Shown here: piece by piece, positions 38,649 to 48,835 of the stretch
How positions within the stretch are numbered: the stretch's first letter is position 1
How the letters are laid out: each line of letters starts with the position of its first letter
Assembly (NCBI GenBank): GCA_964563545.1
Contig: CAZLXB010000001.1
Coordinates: 80,064 to 144,063 of the forward strand
Direction of reading: 5' to 3'
Length of the DNA: 64,000 bases
Origin: an uncultured Bifidobacterium sp.
GTDB lineage: Bacteria; Actinomycetota; Acidimicrobiia; Acidimicrobiales; Ilumatobacteraceae
Notes under the pieces: generated by a model
Database searches by the model: none
Told to the model about the DNA's origin: nothing
Seen by the model: only the letters and a program-made list of their open reading frames with translations
Program-made: the position numbers and the translations under genes

Positions 38649-39446
38649 TCAGCCCGGGCTGTAACGCACGGCTTGGTCGCCCCGCGTGAAGCCATACAAG
38701 GTGATTCCCGCCCGCTTGGCGGTCTGCACCGCCAATGCAGTGGGGGCGCTCACCGACACCACCGTGCCAAAGCCCGCCGCCCACGCTTTCTGAATCATCT
38801 CGAAGCTCGCCCGACCGGAAACGAAAAGACCGAGATCGGTGGCCGGTAGTCGACGATCGAGCAGTAGACGACCCACGACTTTGTCGACGGCATTGTGGCG
38901 ACCGACGTCTTCGCGTACGACCACGATTTCGCCATGTTCCGTGAAGGCGGCCGCCCCGTGCACGGCACCGGTCTCGCTGAATAGGTCCTGACCACTCTGA
39001 ACGACTTCGGAAATTCCAAGAATGATCTCGCGATCGATGCGCGGCACTCGCGAAAGTTCGAGCGGGGTCAGTCGGTCGGCGAGTTCGTCGATCGATTGCG
39101 AACCACACAGACCACAACTCGACGATGTCGTGCCCAGCCTCGGGGCCGGGACCGGGGCCCGGCCACCGGTTTCCACGGTCACGACGTTGAAATTGCTGTC
39201 GGCGGCCGAACCGTTCGCGCAATAACGGACACTCACGACCGGATGTCCGGAGAGCAGACCATCGGCGTGGCAGAAACCAACCGCGAGTTCGTAGTCGTGG
39301 CCCGGCGTTCGCATCGTGGTGGCGACGAGGTGACCATCGAGTTGAATCGACATCGGTTCCTCGACCACCAGTTGATCGGGAAGTCGGCGATCGCGAACAC
39401 CCTGAATCTTGACGACCAGAACGGTGTCGGTGCGCTTGCGGGCCAC
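38649..39446 (-). CDS. fdhD: Formate dehydrogenase accessory sulfurtransferase
   Basis: The 265-aa ORF has SSCGLCG (the Cys loop) and GRHNAVDK, both FdhD signatures. Confidence 0.85.
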   Translation of the reverse strand: MARKRTDTVLVVKIQGVRDRRLPDQLVVEEPMSIQLDGHLVATTMRTPGHDYELAVGFCHADGLLSGHPVVSVRYCANGSAADSNFNVVTVETGGRAPVPAPRLGTTSSSCGLCGSQSIDELADRLTPLELSRVPRIDREIILGISEVVQSGQDLFSETGAVHGAAAFTEHGEIVVVREDVGRHNAVDKVVGRLLLDRRLPATDLGLFVSGRASFEMIQKAWAAGFGTVVSVSAPTALAVQTAKRAGITLYGFTRGDQAVRYSPG

Positions 39447-39469
39447 GACCGCAAGGCTACGGTTCGCTC

Positions 39470-40696
39470 ATGAGCAACGGCGGCAAACGTTCCGACGACT
39501 CATGGGATCTGGTTCGGCCCTCTGGACAGCCCGCGCCTTCGATGGATCCGTCACTTCTCGCCACTCCCCAATGGTCGCCGCCTTCACTACCCGACCTGCC
39601 ACCGATGCCCGACGAGCCGGAGGGCAAAGACGATCGGGGAACCGACTGGTTGATCGGGCTCGCCTCCTTCATCGGCATGGTGATCATCGGACTCGTCGCG
39701 GTTCTCATCTTCCACGACGATCCGAAACCCACCGTCTCGACCACACCGGTCGTCAGTTTCTCGGCCAGCACCATTCCGGCCTCGACGAATCCGCTCACGA
39801 GTACGGCGAGCACTGTTGCCGAGACCACCACGACGACGTCGATTTCACCCACGGGATCGCCGTTGCTCGATTCGGTGGTGGTTGCGGGACCCGATGGAAT
39901 CTGGCTGGAGACATCGGCTGGGAAGTCGAAGATGGTCGAAGGCTCCTTCGACATGGTTCTCGATCTCGGTGACGGCAACTTCTTGGTTCAGGCGCGTTCG
40001 GGTCGCAACGCCGAACCTCAAGACACCGTGGTACTGCGAGTCGAAGCCGGCGGAACGCCCGAGCCGGTCATCACGCCATCAGAGGACGAGCAGGAATGGA
40101 TCACCCTGCACGATGCGATCCAGCGCGACGGTCGATGGTGGGCACTCGTCACGGTCGCCACTGGCGTGGGATTCGACGATGCGGCCGACCAGTTGGTGGC
40201 CGTCGATATCACGAGCGGCGAACGCGAGGTGATCGAGACCGTCGGTGGTTGGGAGGAGAGCACGGGTCGCTTCACACACGGCGGTGGTCACCTGATCAGC
40301 GACTACTACTCGAATGCCATCCACGGGCCACTCTTCATGGCTCTCGACGGCACCGCACCGCTGTCACCCACACCGTTCGGACTTGCCGAACAATACGACG
40401 ACTGTTCGGTGTGTCCGCGGGCCTTTGCGATCAGTCCGACCGGTCATCGACTCGCCTGGATCGAAGCCGATCTACTGGTCGTGGCCGACACGACGTCTCA
40501 CGAACGTGTCCTCCAAGTCACGCTCCCCAAGGACTCCGGCGCCGAGGTGACGTCGCTCGAAGTCGGAGAATCATCGATCGTCCTCAATCGTGCCTCGACA
40601 TCGATCGGGCCGTACGAAGGCGCCTACGTCGTGACTTCCGACGGCCGCATCTCGACACTGTCGACGCCCGGATTCGCAGTGTTCAGCGCGAGCTGA
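39470..40696 (+). CDS. Hypothetical single-pass membrane protein with an S/T/P-rich linker and a beta-rich ectodomain
   Basis: The 408-aa ORF has a TM helix (WLIGLASFIGMVIIGLVAVLIF), a Thr/Ser/Pro-rich stretch, and then beta-strand-like repeats. I recognise no family. Confidence 0.6.
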   Translation: MSNGGKRSDDSWDLVRPSGQPAPSMDPSLLATPQWSPPSLPDLPPMPDEPEGKDDRGTDWLIGLASFIGMVIIGLVAVLIFHDDPKPTVSTTPVVSFSASTIPASTNPLTSTASTVAETTTTTSISPTGSPLLDSVVVAGPDGIWLETSAGKSKMVEGSFDMVLDLGDGNFLVQARSGRNAEPQDTVVLRVEAGGTPEPVITPSEDEQEWITLHDAIQRDGRWWALVTVATGVGFDDAADQLVAVDITSGEREVIETVGGWEESTGRFTHGGGHLISDYYSNAIHGPLFMALDGTAPLSPTPFGLAEQYDDCSVCPRAFAISPTGHRLAWIEADLLVVADTTSHERVLQVTLPKDSGAEVTSLEVGESSIVLNRASTSIGPYEGAYVVTSDGRISTLSTPGFAVFSAS

Positions 40697-41546
40697 ACGA
40701 CGCGATCGCCCGCGCCGCGTTGCCCGGGGCTTCGGGGTGCGTGTGCAGGAAGAGCGACGGTTCGGTCAGTTCGAGTTCGATGATCACCGGACCCTCGGCG
40801 GTAGGGAGAAGATCGATACGCGCATACAGCGGTGTTCCGAATCGAGAGGTCAGCCAATGAACCGCATCGTCACCGAGTCGGCGTTCGAGATCGCTCGGTG
40901 AGCGCGGTTCGATCCGCTCCCGGGCGAAGAGCCCACCGGCCACATCCTTGCTCGTGGCCAACAACGGGCCTTTGGCGAAGGCATGGCTGAACTGACCGGC
41001 CAGGTACACGAGCCCCGTCTCGTCGGCGTGGTCGACGTCGGCCAGGTAGGGCTGCAGCATCACCGATCGACCGCTGTCGAGGAGCGACGTGATGTGTTCC
41101 GAGGCGGAATTCGTCATCGAGTGACGTTCGGTGTCGTTGCTTCCCGCGCTCACTGCCGGCTTCACCACGAGATCACCGTCGGCGAGGAGACGCTCCACTT
41201 CGGCTGACCACTCGGACTCACCCGGTTCGACGAAGGTCGTCGGCACGATCGGCAAACCGCGCGCCGATGCATCGAGCAAGTAGTGCTTGTCGATGTTCCA
41301 ACGGAGCATCTCGGGTGGGTTCATGAGCGAGGTCGTGGCACTCACACGCTCGATCCACGCCAGGAATTCGTCACGCCGTTTGTAGTAGTCCCACGTGGAT
41401 CGCACCACCACCAGCGAGAACTCGGCCCACTCGATCGAATCATCGTCCCAGGCCACCTCGACCCACGGTTGGCCGATGTGGTCGAGAGCGCTCTGGAGGT
41501 GCGGCATGTCTTCGTCGAGACCCCACGCAGCACGCGCGGTCACCAA
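40683..41546 (-). CDS. ATP-grasp domain protein (RimK/glutathione synthetase-like)
   Basis: The 287-aa ORF has the general ATP-grasp layout (VVKPAVSAGSNDT..., LQPYL). I assign the family from memory of similar actinobacterial proteins. Confidence 0.65.
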   Translation of the reverse strand: MVTARAAWGLDEDMPHLQSALDHIGQPWVEVAWDDDSIEWAEFSLVVVRSTWDYYKRRDEFLAWIERVSATTSLMNPPEMLRWNIDKHYLLDASARGLPIVPTTFVEPGESEWSAEVERLLADGDLVVKPAVSAGSNDTERHSMTNSASEHITSLLDSGRSVMLQPYLADVDHADETGLVYLAGQFSHAFAKGPLLATSKDVAGGLFARERIEPRSPSDLERRLGDDAVHWLTSRFGTPLYARIDLLPTAEGPVIIELELTEPSLFLHTHPEAPGNAARAIASFSSR

Positions 41547-41551
41547 CGCGA

Positions 41552-41579
41552 CAGGACCCCGGGTCGCCCCGGGGTCCTG
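41552..41579 (-). terminator. GC-rich hairpin downstream of groEL
   Basis: CAGGACCCCGGG-TCGC-CCCGGGGTCCTG forms a perfect 12-bp stem 27 nt after the groEL stop. No U-tract follows it. Confidence 0.5.
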
Positions 41580-41605
41580 CGCAGTACTCGAGCCGTTGGT
41601 TGGGC

Positions 41606-43249
<1,644 letters not shown>

Positions 43250-43262
43250 CTAGAGACTCCCG

Positions 43263-43312
43263 TTCGCACTCGGGCGGAACGAGTGCTAGCACTCTACGGG
43301 GGTGAGTGCTAA
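43263..43312. promoter_or_regulatory. Two overlapping CIRCE (HrcA) operators upstream of groEL
   Basis: The two elements are TTCGCACTC-N9-GAGTGCTAG (43263-43289) and CTAGCACTC-N9-GAGTGCTAA (43286-43312). The consensus is TTAGCACTC-N9-GAGTGCTAA. Confidence 0.8.
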
Positions 43313-43320
43313 CACGACAA
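43291..43320 (-). promoter_or_regulatory. Possible groEL promoter overlapping CIRCE
   Basis: On the minus strand the layout is TTGTCG (43320-43315), an 18-nt spacer, then TAGAGT (43296-43291). The -10 fits the actinobacterial TAnnnT pattern. Confidence 0.35.
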
Positions 43321-43351
43321 CCAGCCCCGAAACCCTCTACTCTCTGCCCCT

Positions 43352-44803
43352 ATGCAGGTACTTGTCGTTGGCGGAGGGGTCTCTGGTCTTTCCACCGCCC
43401 TCAAATTGAGCCGGCGGGGGCACCAGGTCACGGTGATCGAGCGGGACGACACCCCCATGCCCCAGAGCGCCGATGAGGCCTTCGACTGGGACCGTCGAGG
43501 CGCCCCCCAGGTCCGCCACAGCCACGCCTTCCTCGCCCGGCTCGTCGGCCTTTTGAAGAAGAACGAGCCCGACGTGATCGCCGCGCTCTACGAGGCCGGG
43601 GCCGCCGAACTCCCCTTCGGCGCCGACCTTCCGCCCACCATGGTCGGATTCGAACGGGAAGAAGCCGACGACGAGCTGACGATGCTCACGTGTCGGCGGA
43701 CAACCTTCGAATGGGTCCTTCGGCGAGTCGTCCTCGATGAGGGTCGAGTCGAGTTCCGGACCGGCGTCGGGGTGAACGGACTCCTCACGATCGACCACGA
43801 GTCGGGTATCCCACGCGTGAACGGCGTGCGGCTCGAGGACGGCACGACTCTCACTGCAGACCTCGTGGTGGTGGCCACCGGCCGACGATCGGCGCTCCCC
43901 GAGTGGCTCGCCGATCTCGGAGTCGGGCCCGTCAACGAGTTCGTCGAGGACACTGGCATCGTCTACGCGTCGCGTTTCTATCGATTGAAAACGGGCGAGT
44001 CGTATCCGCCGCGCAATGGACCCATCGGCGGCGACCTCGGATACATCAAGTACGGCGTGTTCGTGGGCGACAACGACACGTTCTCCATCACACTCGCCGC
44101 GCCCACCGACGACACCGAACTGCGTGCTCGTCTGAGCGATGCTGCGACCTTCGATGCCGCGGCGCGCCAACTCGTGGCCACTGCGCCTTATTTCGACGGT
44201 CGCGCCGAACCCATCATCGATGGTGTGTACATGATGGCCGGGTTGCTCAACCGACATCGTGAGTACGTCGTCAATGGCCAACCATTGGTTCTTGGCATGT
44301 TGCCCGTGGGCGACGCGGTGATCTGCACGAATCCGCTCTACGGACGCGGTTGCTCCATCGGCTACTGGGGTGCACACCTCATGAGCGAGGCCCTCGATTC
44401 GTTCGACGGCGACTTACGACGACTCGCAGTCGACTACGACGCCGCCATCAACCGCGAGATCATGCCGTGGTACAAAGCCGGCGTCGAACAAGATGCCGAG
44501 GCTCGACGCGTGTCCAGTGCACTTCTGAAGGGCGACGATCCCGACGGCGATACTTCCGATCCGAAGACGTTCATGCGATCGGTTCTGCGCGAGGGACTCC
44601 TGCCTGCGCTGCGCACCGATCCGGTGGTGCTGCGCGCATTCATGCGCAATCTGAATCTCCTCACCGCTCCTGACGCGATGACCAAGGATCCCGAGGTCAT
44701 GAACCGCGTGTTCGCGGTGTGGCAGGACCGCGACAATCGCCCGGCCGAGCCGCCCATGGGCCCGAAGAGACGAGCCGAGTTCCTCGAGCTGTTGCCGGCT
44801 TGA
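43352..44803 (+). CDS. FAD-dependent oxidoreductase
   Basis: The N-terminal dinucleotide fold is VLVVGGGVSGLSTALKLSRRGHQVTVIERD. The subfamily of this 483-aa ORF is not resolved. Confidence 0.75.
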   Translation: MQVLVVGGGVSGLSTALKLSRRGHQVTVIERDDTPMPQSADEAFDWDRRGAPQVRHSHAFLARLVGLLKKNEPDVIAALYEAGAAELPFGADLPPTMVGFEREEADDELTMLTCRRTTFEWVLRRVVLDEGRVEFRTGVGVNGLLTIDHESGIPRVNGVRLEDGTTLTADLVVVATGRRSALPEWLADLGVGPVNEFVEDTGIVYASRFYRLKTGESYPPRNGPIGGDLGYIKYGVFVGDNDTFSITLAAPTDDTELRARLSDAATFDAAARQLVATAPYFDGRAEPIIDGVYMMAGLLNRHREYVVNGQPLVLGMLPVGDAVICTNPLYGRGCSIGYWGAHLMSEALDSFDGDLRRLAVDYDAAINREIMPWYKAGVEQDAEARRVSSALLKGDDPDGDTSDPKTFMRSVLREGLLPALRTDPVVLRAFMRNLNLLTAPDAMTKDPEVMNRVFAVWQDRDNRPAEPPMGPKRRAEFLELLPA

Positions 44804-45079
44804 TCAGCCGCCGGCCACGGCCGGAATGATGCTGACCGTCTCACCGGCCGGAACCGGCGTATCGAGACCCTGCAGATAACGAACGTCGTCGTCGGCCACG
44901 AAGAGATTCACGAACCGACGCTGGTTGCCCTGCTCGTCGAACAAACGATCCTTGAAACCGGGGTGGGCCGCATCGAGGGCGGTGAGAACCTCACGCAACG
45001 TGCCGCCCTCCACCTGCACGGTCGCGTTTCCTCCCGACAGAGGACGAAGGGTCGTGGGGATGCGCACGGTCACGGACAT
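44804..45079 (-). CDS. MoaD/ThiS-family beta-grasp sulfur-carrier-like protein (C-terminal GG)
   Basis: The 91-aa ORF starts at the ATG at 45079 (MSVTVRIPTTLRPLSGGNATVQVEGGTLREVL...) and ends in ...IIPAVAGG followed by the stop. The longer track ORF is Ser/Pro/Ala-rich and unconvincing. Confidence 0.75.
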   Translation of the reverse strand: MSVTVRIPTTLRPLSGGNATVQVEGGTLREVLTALDAAHPGFKDRLFDEQGNQRRFVNLFVADDDVRYLQGLDTPVPAGETVSIIPAVAGG

Positions 45080-45149
45080 GACCGAAACCCTACCGAGTGA
45101 GTCGGGAATCGCCACAGCCGAATCGCAACTCAACGACAAGACTGACGGG

Positions 45150-46163
45150 GTGCGGGTGGTGGCAGCAGTCGACAAGTTCAAGGGCACGGCCACCGCCGCC
45201 GAGGTGGCCACGGCCATCGGGCATGCGTGTTGGGAACTCGGCATCGACTGCGACGAAGTCCCGGTGGCCGATGGCGGTGAGGGAACGCTCGACGTTCTCG
45301 GCGGGGCCAACCGAACGAACGTCGTGACCGGCCCACTCGGCGATGCCGTGGAAGCAGCATGGAGATTCCATCGGAGAACCGCGGTGATCGAGATGGCGAG
45401 AGCATCGGGCCTGACTCTCGTGGGTGGTTCCGAGCACAACGATGCCGTCGCCGCGTCGACCACCGGCACCGGAGAACTGATCGATCGCGCGCTCGACATG
45501 GGAGCCGAGCGGATCATCGTGTGCCTCGGTGGATCGGCCACGACCGATGGTGGCCTCGGAGCCGTGCGCGCGATTCATGCACCCGCACGTCTACGCGCGG
45601 TCGAGTTCCTCGTCGCCTGCGATGTCGACACTCTCTTCGTCGATGCGGCACGCGTCTTCGCCCCGCAGAAAGGCGCAACCGCATCTCAAGTCAGGATGCT
45701 CGAGGGTCGACTCGAACGGCTCGTGCAGATGTATCGCGAGGAGCACGGGGTCGATGTCTCGAAGGTACCGGGTTCGGGTGCGGCCGGTGGACTCGCTGGT
45801 GGACTCGTGGCACTGGGCGGTCGGCTGATTCCGGGGTTCGACATGGTGGCCGACGAACTCGATCTAGCCGACCGACTACGTGAAGCCGACTTCGTGATCA
45901 CCGGTGAAGGTCAACTCGATGCCACGAGTTTCGAAGGCAAGGTCGTGGGCGGCGTCAGCCATCTCGCGGCTGAGTTCGACAAGACGGTGGCCGCCATCGT
46001 CGGGCGCATCGATCCGAGTGCGGCCGAGTGCGATGACTACGCCTCGTTGAAAGGCGGCGTGTTCGACCTCGAATCGCGCTTTGGCGTCGACCGATCACAC
46101 AACGAGACCCGAACGTGCATCGAGGCCGCGGCCCGCGAGGTTCTCGCGAAACTTCGGGCCTGA
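45150..46163 (+). CDS. Glycerate kinase
   Basis: VRVVAAVDKFKGTATAAEV...VPVADGGEGTLDVLGG is typical of glycerate kinase. I prefer the GTG at 45150. An ATG at 45078 is possible but would overlap the divergent gene's start codon. Confidence 0.8.
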   Translation: MRVVAAVDKFKGTATAAEVATAIGHACWELGIDCDEVPVADGGEGTLDVLGGANRTNVVTGPLGDAVEAAWRFHRRTAVIEMARASGLTLVGGSEHNDAVAASTTGTGELIDRALDMGAERIIVCLGGSATTDGGLGAVRAIHAPARLRAVEFLVACDVDTLFVDAARVFAPQKGATASQVRMLEGRLERLVQMYREEHGVDVSKVPGSGAAGGLAGGLVALGGRLIPGFDMVADELDLADRLREADFVITGEGQLDATSFEGKVVGGVSHLAAEFDKTVAAIVGRIDPSAAECDDYASLKGGVFDLESRFGVDRSHNETRTCIEAAAREVLAKLRA

Positions 46164-46167
46164 GATA

Positions 46168-46785
46168 TCAGCCAGCGACGGTGGTGCTGGCGGCTGCGCT
46201 GGGGTCGGCCGTGGGCAGGGCGCCCGGCAGGAGTTTGCCCGCGAGGTCGGTGCCCAAGAGGACGAGCACCGTGGCTTCGCCAAGGTCACCCGACTCGACC
46301 GGGGGCGGTGAGGCCACCGGCTGGGTGGCCACTCCACCCAGGACCTGCGACACCGCAGCCGCGCCCGACTCGTAGCCCGGCACGTAATACACGACGGTGA
46401 TCGACTGCTTGCCCACCGTCTCGGCGGCATTGGTCGCCGGTTGAACCACGACGAATCCCTGAGCTTGCAGTGCGGTGCTCATCTGACCAGCCGTACCCGA
46501 GATACCCGAACCGTTGGCGACGAGCACCTTGTAACCGGTGCGGGGCAAGGTGGTGGTGTCCATCGGGACGAGCGTCGAGTCCGACATTCCGGGATCGGTG
46601 GTCATGGGTTCACTCGACACGGGGCCGGCGGAGACGTTCGAATCGCGGTCGCGGTTGATGTCGCGCAGTATGAGGAATCCGAGCAAAACCGCAATGGCGG
46701 CCACGATGATGCCAAGGGTCGTAGAAACGCCGACGCCGGCCGAAGCAGGCCGGCCGCGGGATCCGGTGGGCTGTTCGTCACTCAT
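46168..46785 (-). CDS. LytR_C domain membrane protein
   Basis: An N-terminal TM helix is followed by VLVANGSGISGTAGQMSTALQAQGF, typical of the LytR C-terminal domain. Confidence 0.7.
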   Translation of the reverse strand: MSDEQPTGSRGRPASAGVGVSTTLGIIVAAIAVLLGFLILRDINRDRDSNVSAGPVSSEPMTTDPGMSDSTLVPMDTTTLPRTGYKVLVANGSGISGTAGQMSTALQAQGFVVVQPATNAAETVGKQSITVVYYVPGYESGAAAVSQVLGGVATQPVASPPPVESGDLGEATVLVLLGTDLAGKLLPGALPTADPSAAASTTVAG

Positions 46786-47042
46786 GCCTGCAATCCTCCA
46801 GATTCAGTCGAGCCATCGAGCCTCATCTTGCGGCGCCGCTCGCGTGCCCGCTGCAAGCGACGTACGACCAGCGGGTCGTAGGCCAGCGCATCGGGGGAAT
46901 CGAGCAGGCGGTTGAGTTCGCCGTAGTACTCATCGGCCGAGCAGTCGAAGCGTTCGCGAAGCATGAGGTCCTTCACGCCGTCTTCGGTCCACCATCCTCG
47001 CTCGAAGTCGATGATCGCCTTCTCGCGGTCGGTGAGTGCCAT
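46782..47042 (-). CDS. DUF3263 domain protein
   Basis: The 86-aa ORF reads LTDREKAIIDFERGWW...DEYYGELNRLLDSPDALAYDPLVVRRL. An ATGA overlap links it to the LytR_C gene. Confidence 0.7.
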   Translation of the reverse strand: MALTDREKAIIDFERGWWTEDGVKDLMLRERFDCSADEYYGELNRLLDSPDALAYDPLVVRRLQRARERRRKMRLDGSTESGGLQA

Positions 47043-47088
47043 TCGTAAAGCCTGCCCGTTCCGGGTGCCTATTTACAAGCACCCCCAC

Positions 47089-47757
47089 ATGGAAGATGTG
47101 TCCGTCCCGACCAGTACTCTCGGGGCGGTGAGCAGGCAGAACGTGCGACCCTTCGTGATCGGAGTGGCCGGCGGCACCTGTTCGGGCAAGACAACGGTCA
47201 CCGAGCGGCTCGTCGACCTCGTCGGTCCGGATCATCTGGCCGTCATCAAACAGGACGCCTATTACATCGAGCGCCACCATCAACCCTTCGACGAACGGGC
47301 ACGGGCCAACTACGACCATCCCGAAGCCTTCGACTGGGAGCTCATGAACCACCAGTTGTCCGAACTCCTGAACGGACGAACGGTCGATGTGCCGGTGTAC
47401 GACTACGCGGACCACAACCGTTCGTCATCGGTCGTCAGTGTGTCGCCCACCCGGGTCATCGTGTTCGAGGGAATTCTCGCCCTCTACGACGAAAAGTTAC
47501 GGGAGAACTTCGACCTCAAGGTGTTCGTCGACACCGATGCCGATGTTCGGCTCATCCGGCGTTTGCAGCGAGACGTGCGAGACCGCGGGCGGACACCCGA
47601 CAGCATCATGGCGCAATACATGGCCACGGTTCGGCCGAGCCATCTTCAGTTCATCGAACCGAGCAAAAGGTACGCCGACGTCATCTTCCCGGAGGGCGGA
47701 CACAACGACCGCGCTCTGGAAATGTTGATCGCACGCGTGCGACGGGCCATCGACTGA
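47089..47757 (+). CDS. udk: Uridine kinase
   Basis: It has the P-loop VIGVAGGTCSGKTT, a DAYY motif and a lid region RRLQRDVRDRGR. I chose the ATG at 47089. Confidence 0.85.
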   Translation: MEDVSVPTSTLGAVSRQNVRPFVIGVAGGTCSGKTTVTERLVDLVGPDHLAVIKQDAYYIERHHQPFDERARANYDHPEAFDWELMNHQLSELLNGRTVDVPVYDYADHNRSSSVVSVSPTRVIVFEGILALYDEKLRENFDLKVFVDTDADVRLIRRLQRDVRDRGRTPDSIMAQYMATVRPSHLQFIEPSKRYADVIFPEGGHNDRALEMLIARVRRAID

Positions 47758-47758
47758 G

Positions 47759-47833
47759 TGGAGCCGGGTGTGGGGATTGAACCCACGACCTACCGCTTAC
47801 AAGGCGGTTGCTCTACCACTGAGCTAACCCGGC
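47759..47833 (-). tRNA. tRNA-Thr (anticodon UGU), CCA encoded
   Basis: I folded the cloverleaf by hand. The acceptor stem is GCCGGGT/ACCCGGC, the D stem GCTC/GAGC, and the anticodon stem ACCGC/GCGGT with loop CTTGTAA. The T arm is GTGGG-TTCAATC-CCCAC, followed by discriminator T and CCA. Confidence 0.9.
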
Positions 47834-47852
47834 GCTCGATTACCGAGTCAGG

Positions 47853-48833
47853 CTAACGCCGGTGCCGGGCCACTTCGTAGGTCGCAAGTGCCGCGGCGGT
47901 CGACACGTTGAGCGAACTCAGTCGTCCCCGCATCGGAATGCTCACGATCACATCGCAGCGTTCGCGCACGAGACGCGAGAGGCCAGCTCCCTCGGCGCCC
48001 ATCACGAGGCAGATCCCTTCGGTGGCGAGTTCACCGAGATCGAACAACGATTTGTCGGCCGCGTCATCGAGGCCCACCACCCAAATGCCGACGTCGCGCA
48101 TCTTGGCGAGTGCCGTGGGCAATCCGCCGACGAGGGCCATGGGTACGTGCTCGCATGCACCAACCGATGCCTTGGCCACGGTCGGGGTCACGTGCACCGA
48201 CCGGTGACGTGGCAGCACCACGCCATCCACACCGGCACCATCGCAGCAACGCAGAACGGCTCCGAGGTTGCCCGGATCGGTCACGCCGTCCATGGCCACG
48301 AGGAACGGCGGCTTTCCGGGCCGCCGCTTGACGAGTGCATCGAAGGGAACGGGCATGAGCGCATCGGCACGAGCGAGCACTCCCTGCGGGGCCTCGCTGC
48401 GAGCCGCGTAGTCGAGCTTCTTGCGGCTCACCTCCACGACGGGAACCCGATTGGCACGCGCCAACTCGATGATGTCCTCGACGATGTCGCTCGCGTCGCG
48501 ATCGTTGGCGATCCATACTTCGTGCACACGACGACGACCGGCGATGAGCAACTCACGCACGGCCTGTCGACCCTCGACCTGAGTGCCACCCAGATCGTCT
48601 CGTTCGTCGGAACGCTTGTCACGACTCGATCCGAGCGCGGTCGCCCGACCCCTGCCGCGACCGGCCGGCTGACCCGGATGACCGGGACGACCACCCTTCG
48701 TGTCGCCATCGCGACGCGTATTGCGCGCGCCTTTGCCGGCTGGCTTCACCGGACCGGTGCGGCCCGCGCCACGCGAACTCGGTGCTCCACTGCGACGACC
48801 ACGACCAGCCGCTCCTGAATTCCGACCCGCCAC
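47853..48833 (-). CDS. rlmB: 23S rRNA 2'-O-methyltransferase, TrmH/SpoU family (RlmB-like) with an Arg/Gly-rich N-terminus
   Basis: The SpoU motifs are DGVTDPGNLGAVLRCCDGAG and SLNVSTAAA. I chose the GTG at 48833, just after the ispF stop; the true start is uncertain. Confidence 0.8.
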   Translation of the reverse strand: MAGRNSGAAGRGRRSGAPSSRGAGRTGPVKPAGKGARNTRRDGDTKGGRPGHPGQPAGRGRGRATALGSSRDKRSDERDDLGGTQVEGRQAVRELLIAGRRRVHEVWIANDRDASDIVEDIIELARANRVPVVEVSRKKLDYAARSEAPQGVLARADALMPVPFDALVKRRPGKPPFLVAMDGVTDPGNLGAVLRCCDGAGVDGVVLPRHRSVHVTPTVAKASVGACEHVPMALVGGLPTALAKMRDVGIWVVGLDDAADKSLFDLGELATEGICLVMGAEGAGLSRLVRERCDVIVSIPMRGRLSSLNVSTAAALATYEVARHRR

Positions 48834-48835
48834 GA

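Noticed and set aside
45077-45080. CATG junctions where the ATGs of divergent genes would overlap. One is 45077-45080 (MoaD-like versus glycerate kinase). The other is 61532-61535 (alkylsulfatase-like versus the coiled-coil protein).
   Set aside because: Overlapping divergent start codons would leave no promoter space. In both cases the plus-strand gene has a downstream GTG (45150 and 61635) that matches where homologs usually begin. I therefore prefer the shorter versions, although the starts remain uncertain.
47759-47833. A possible integrated mobile element or genomic island next to tRNA-Thr, and similarly next to tRNA-Lys at 55654-55726.
   Set aside because: No integrase, recombinase or phage-like gene flanks either tRNA. 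I saw no direct repeat of the tRNA 3' ends nearby. The flanking genes are ordinary (udk, rlmB, echA, DUF2256).
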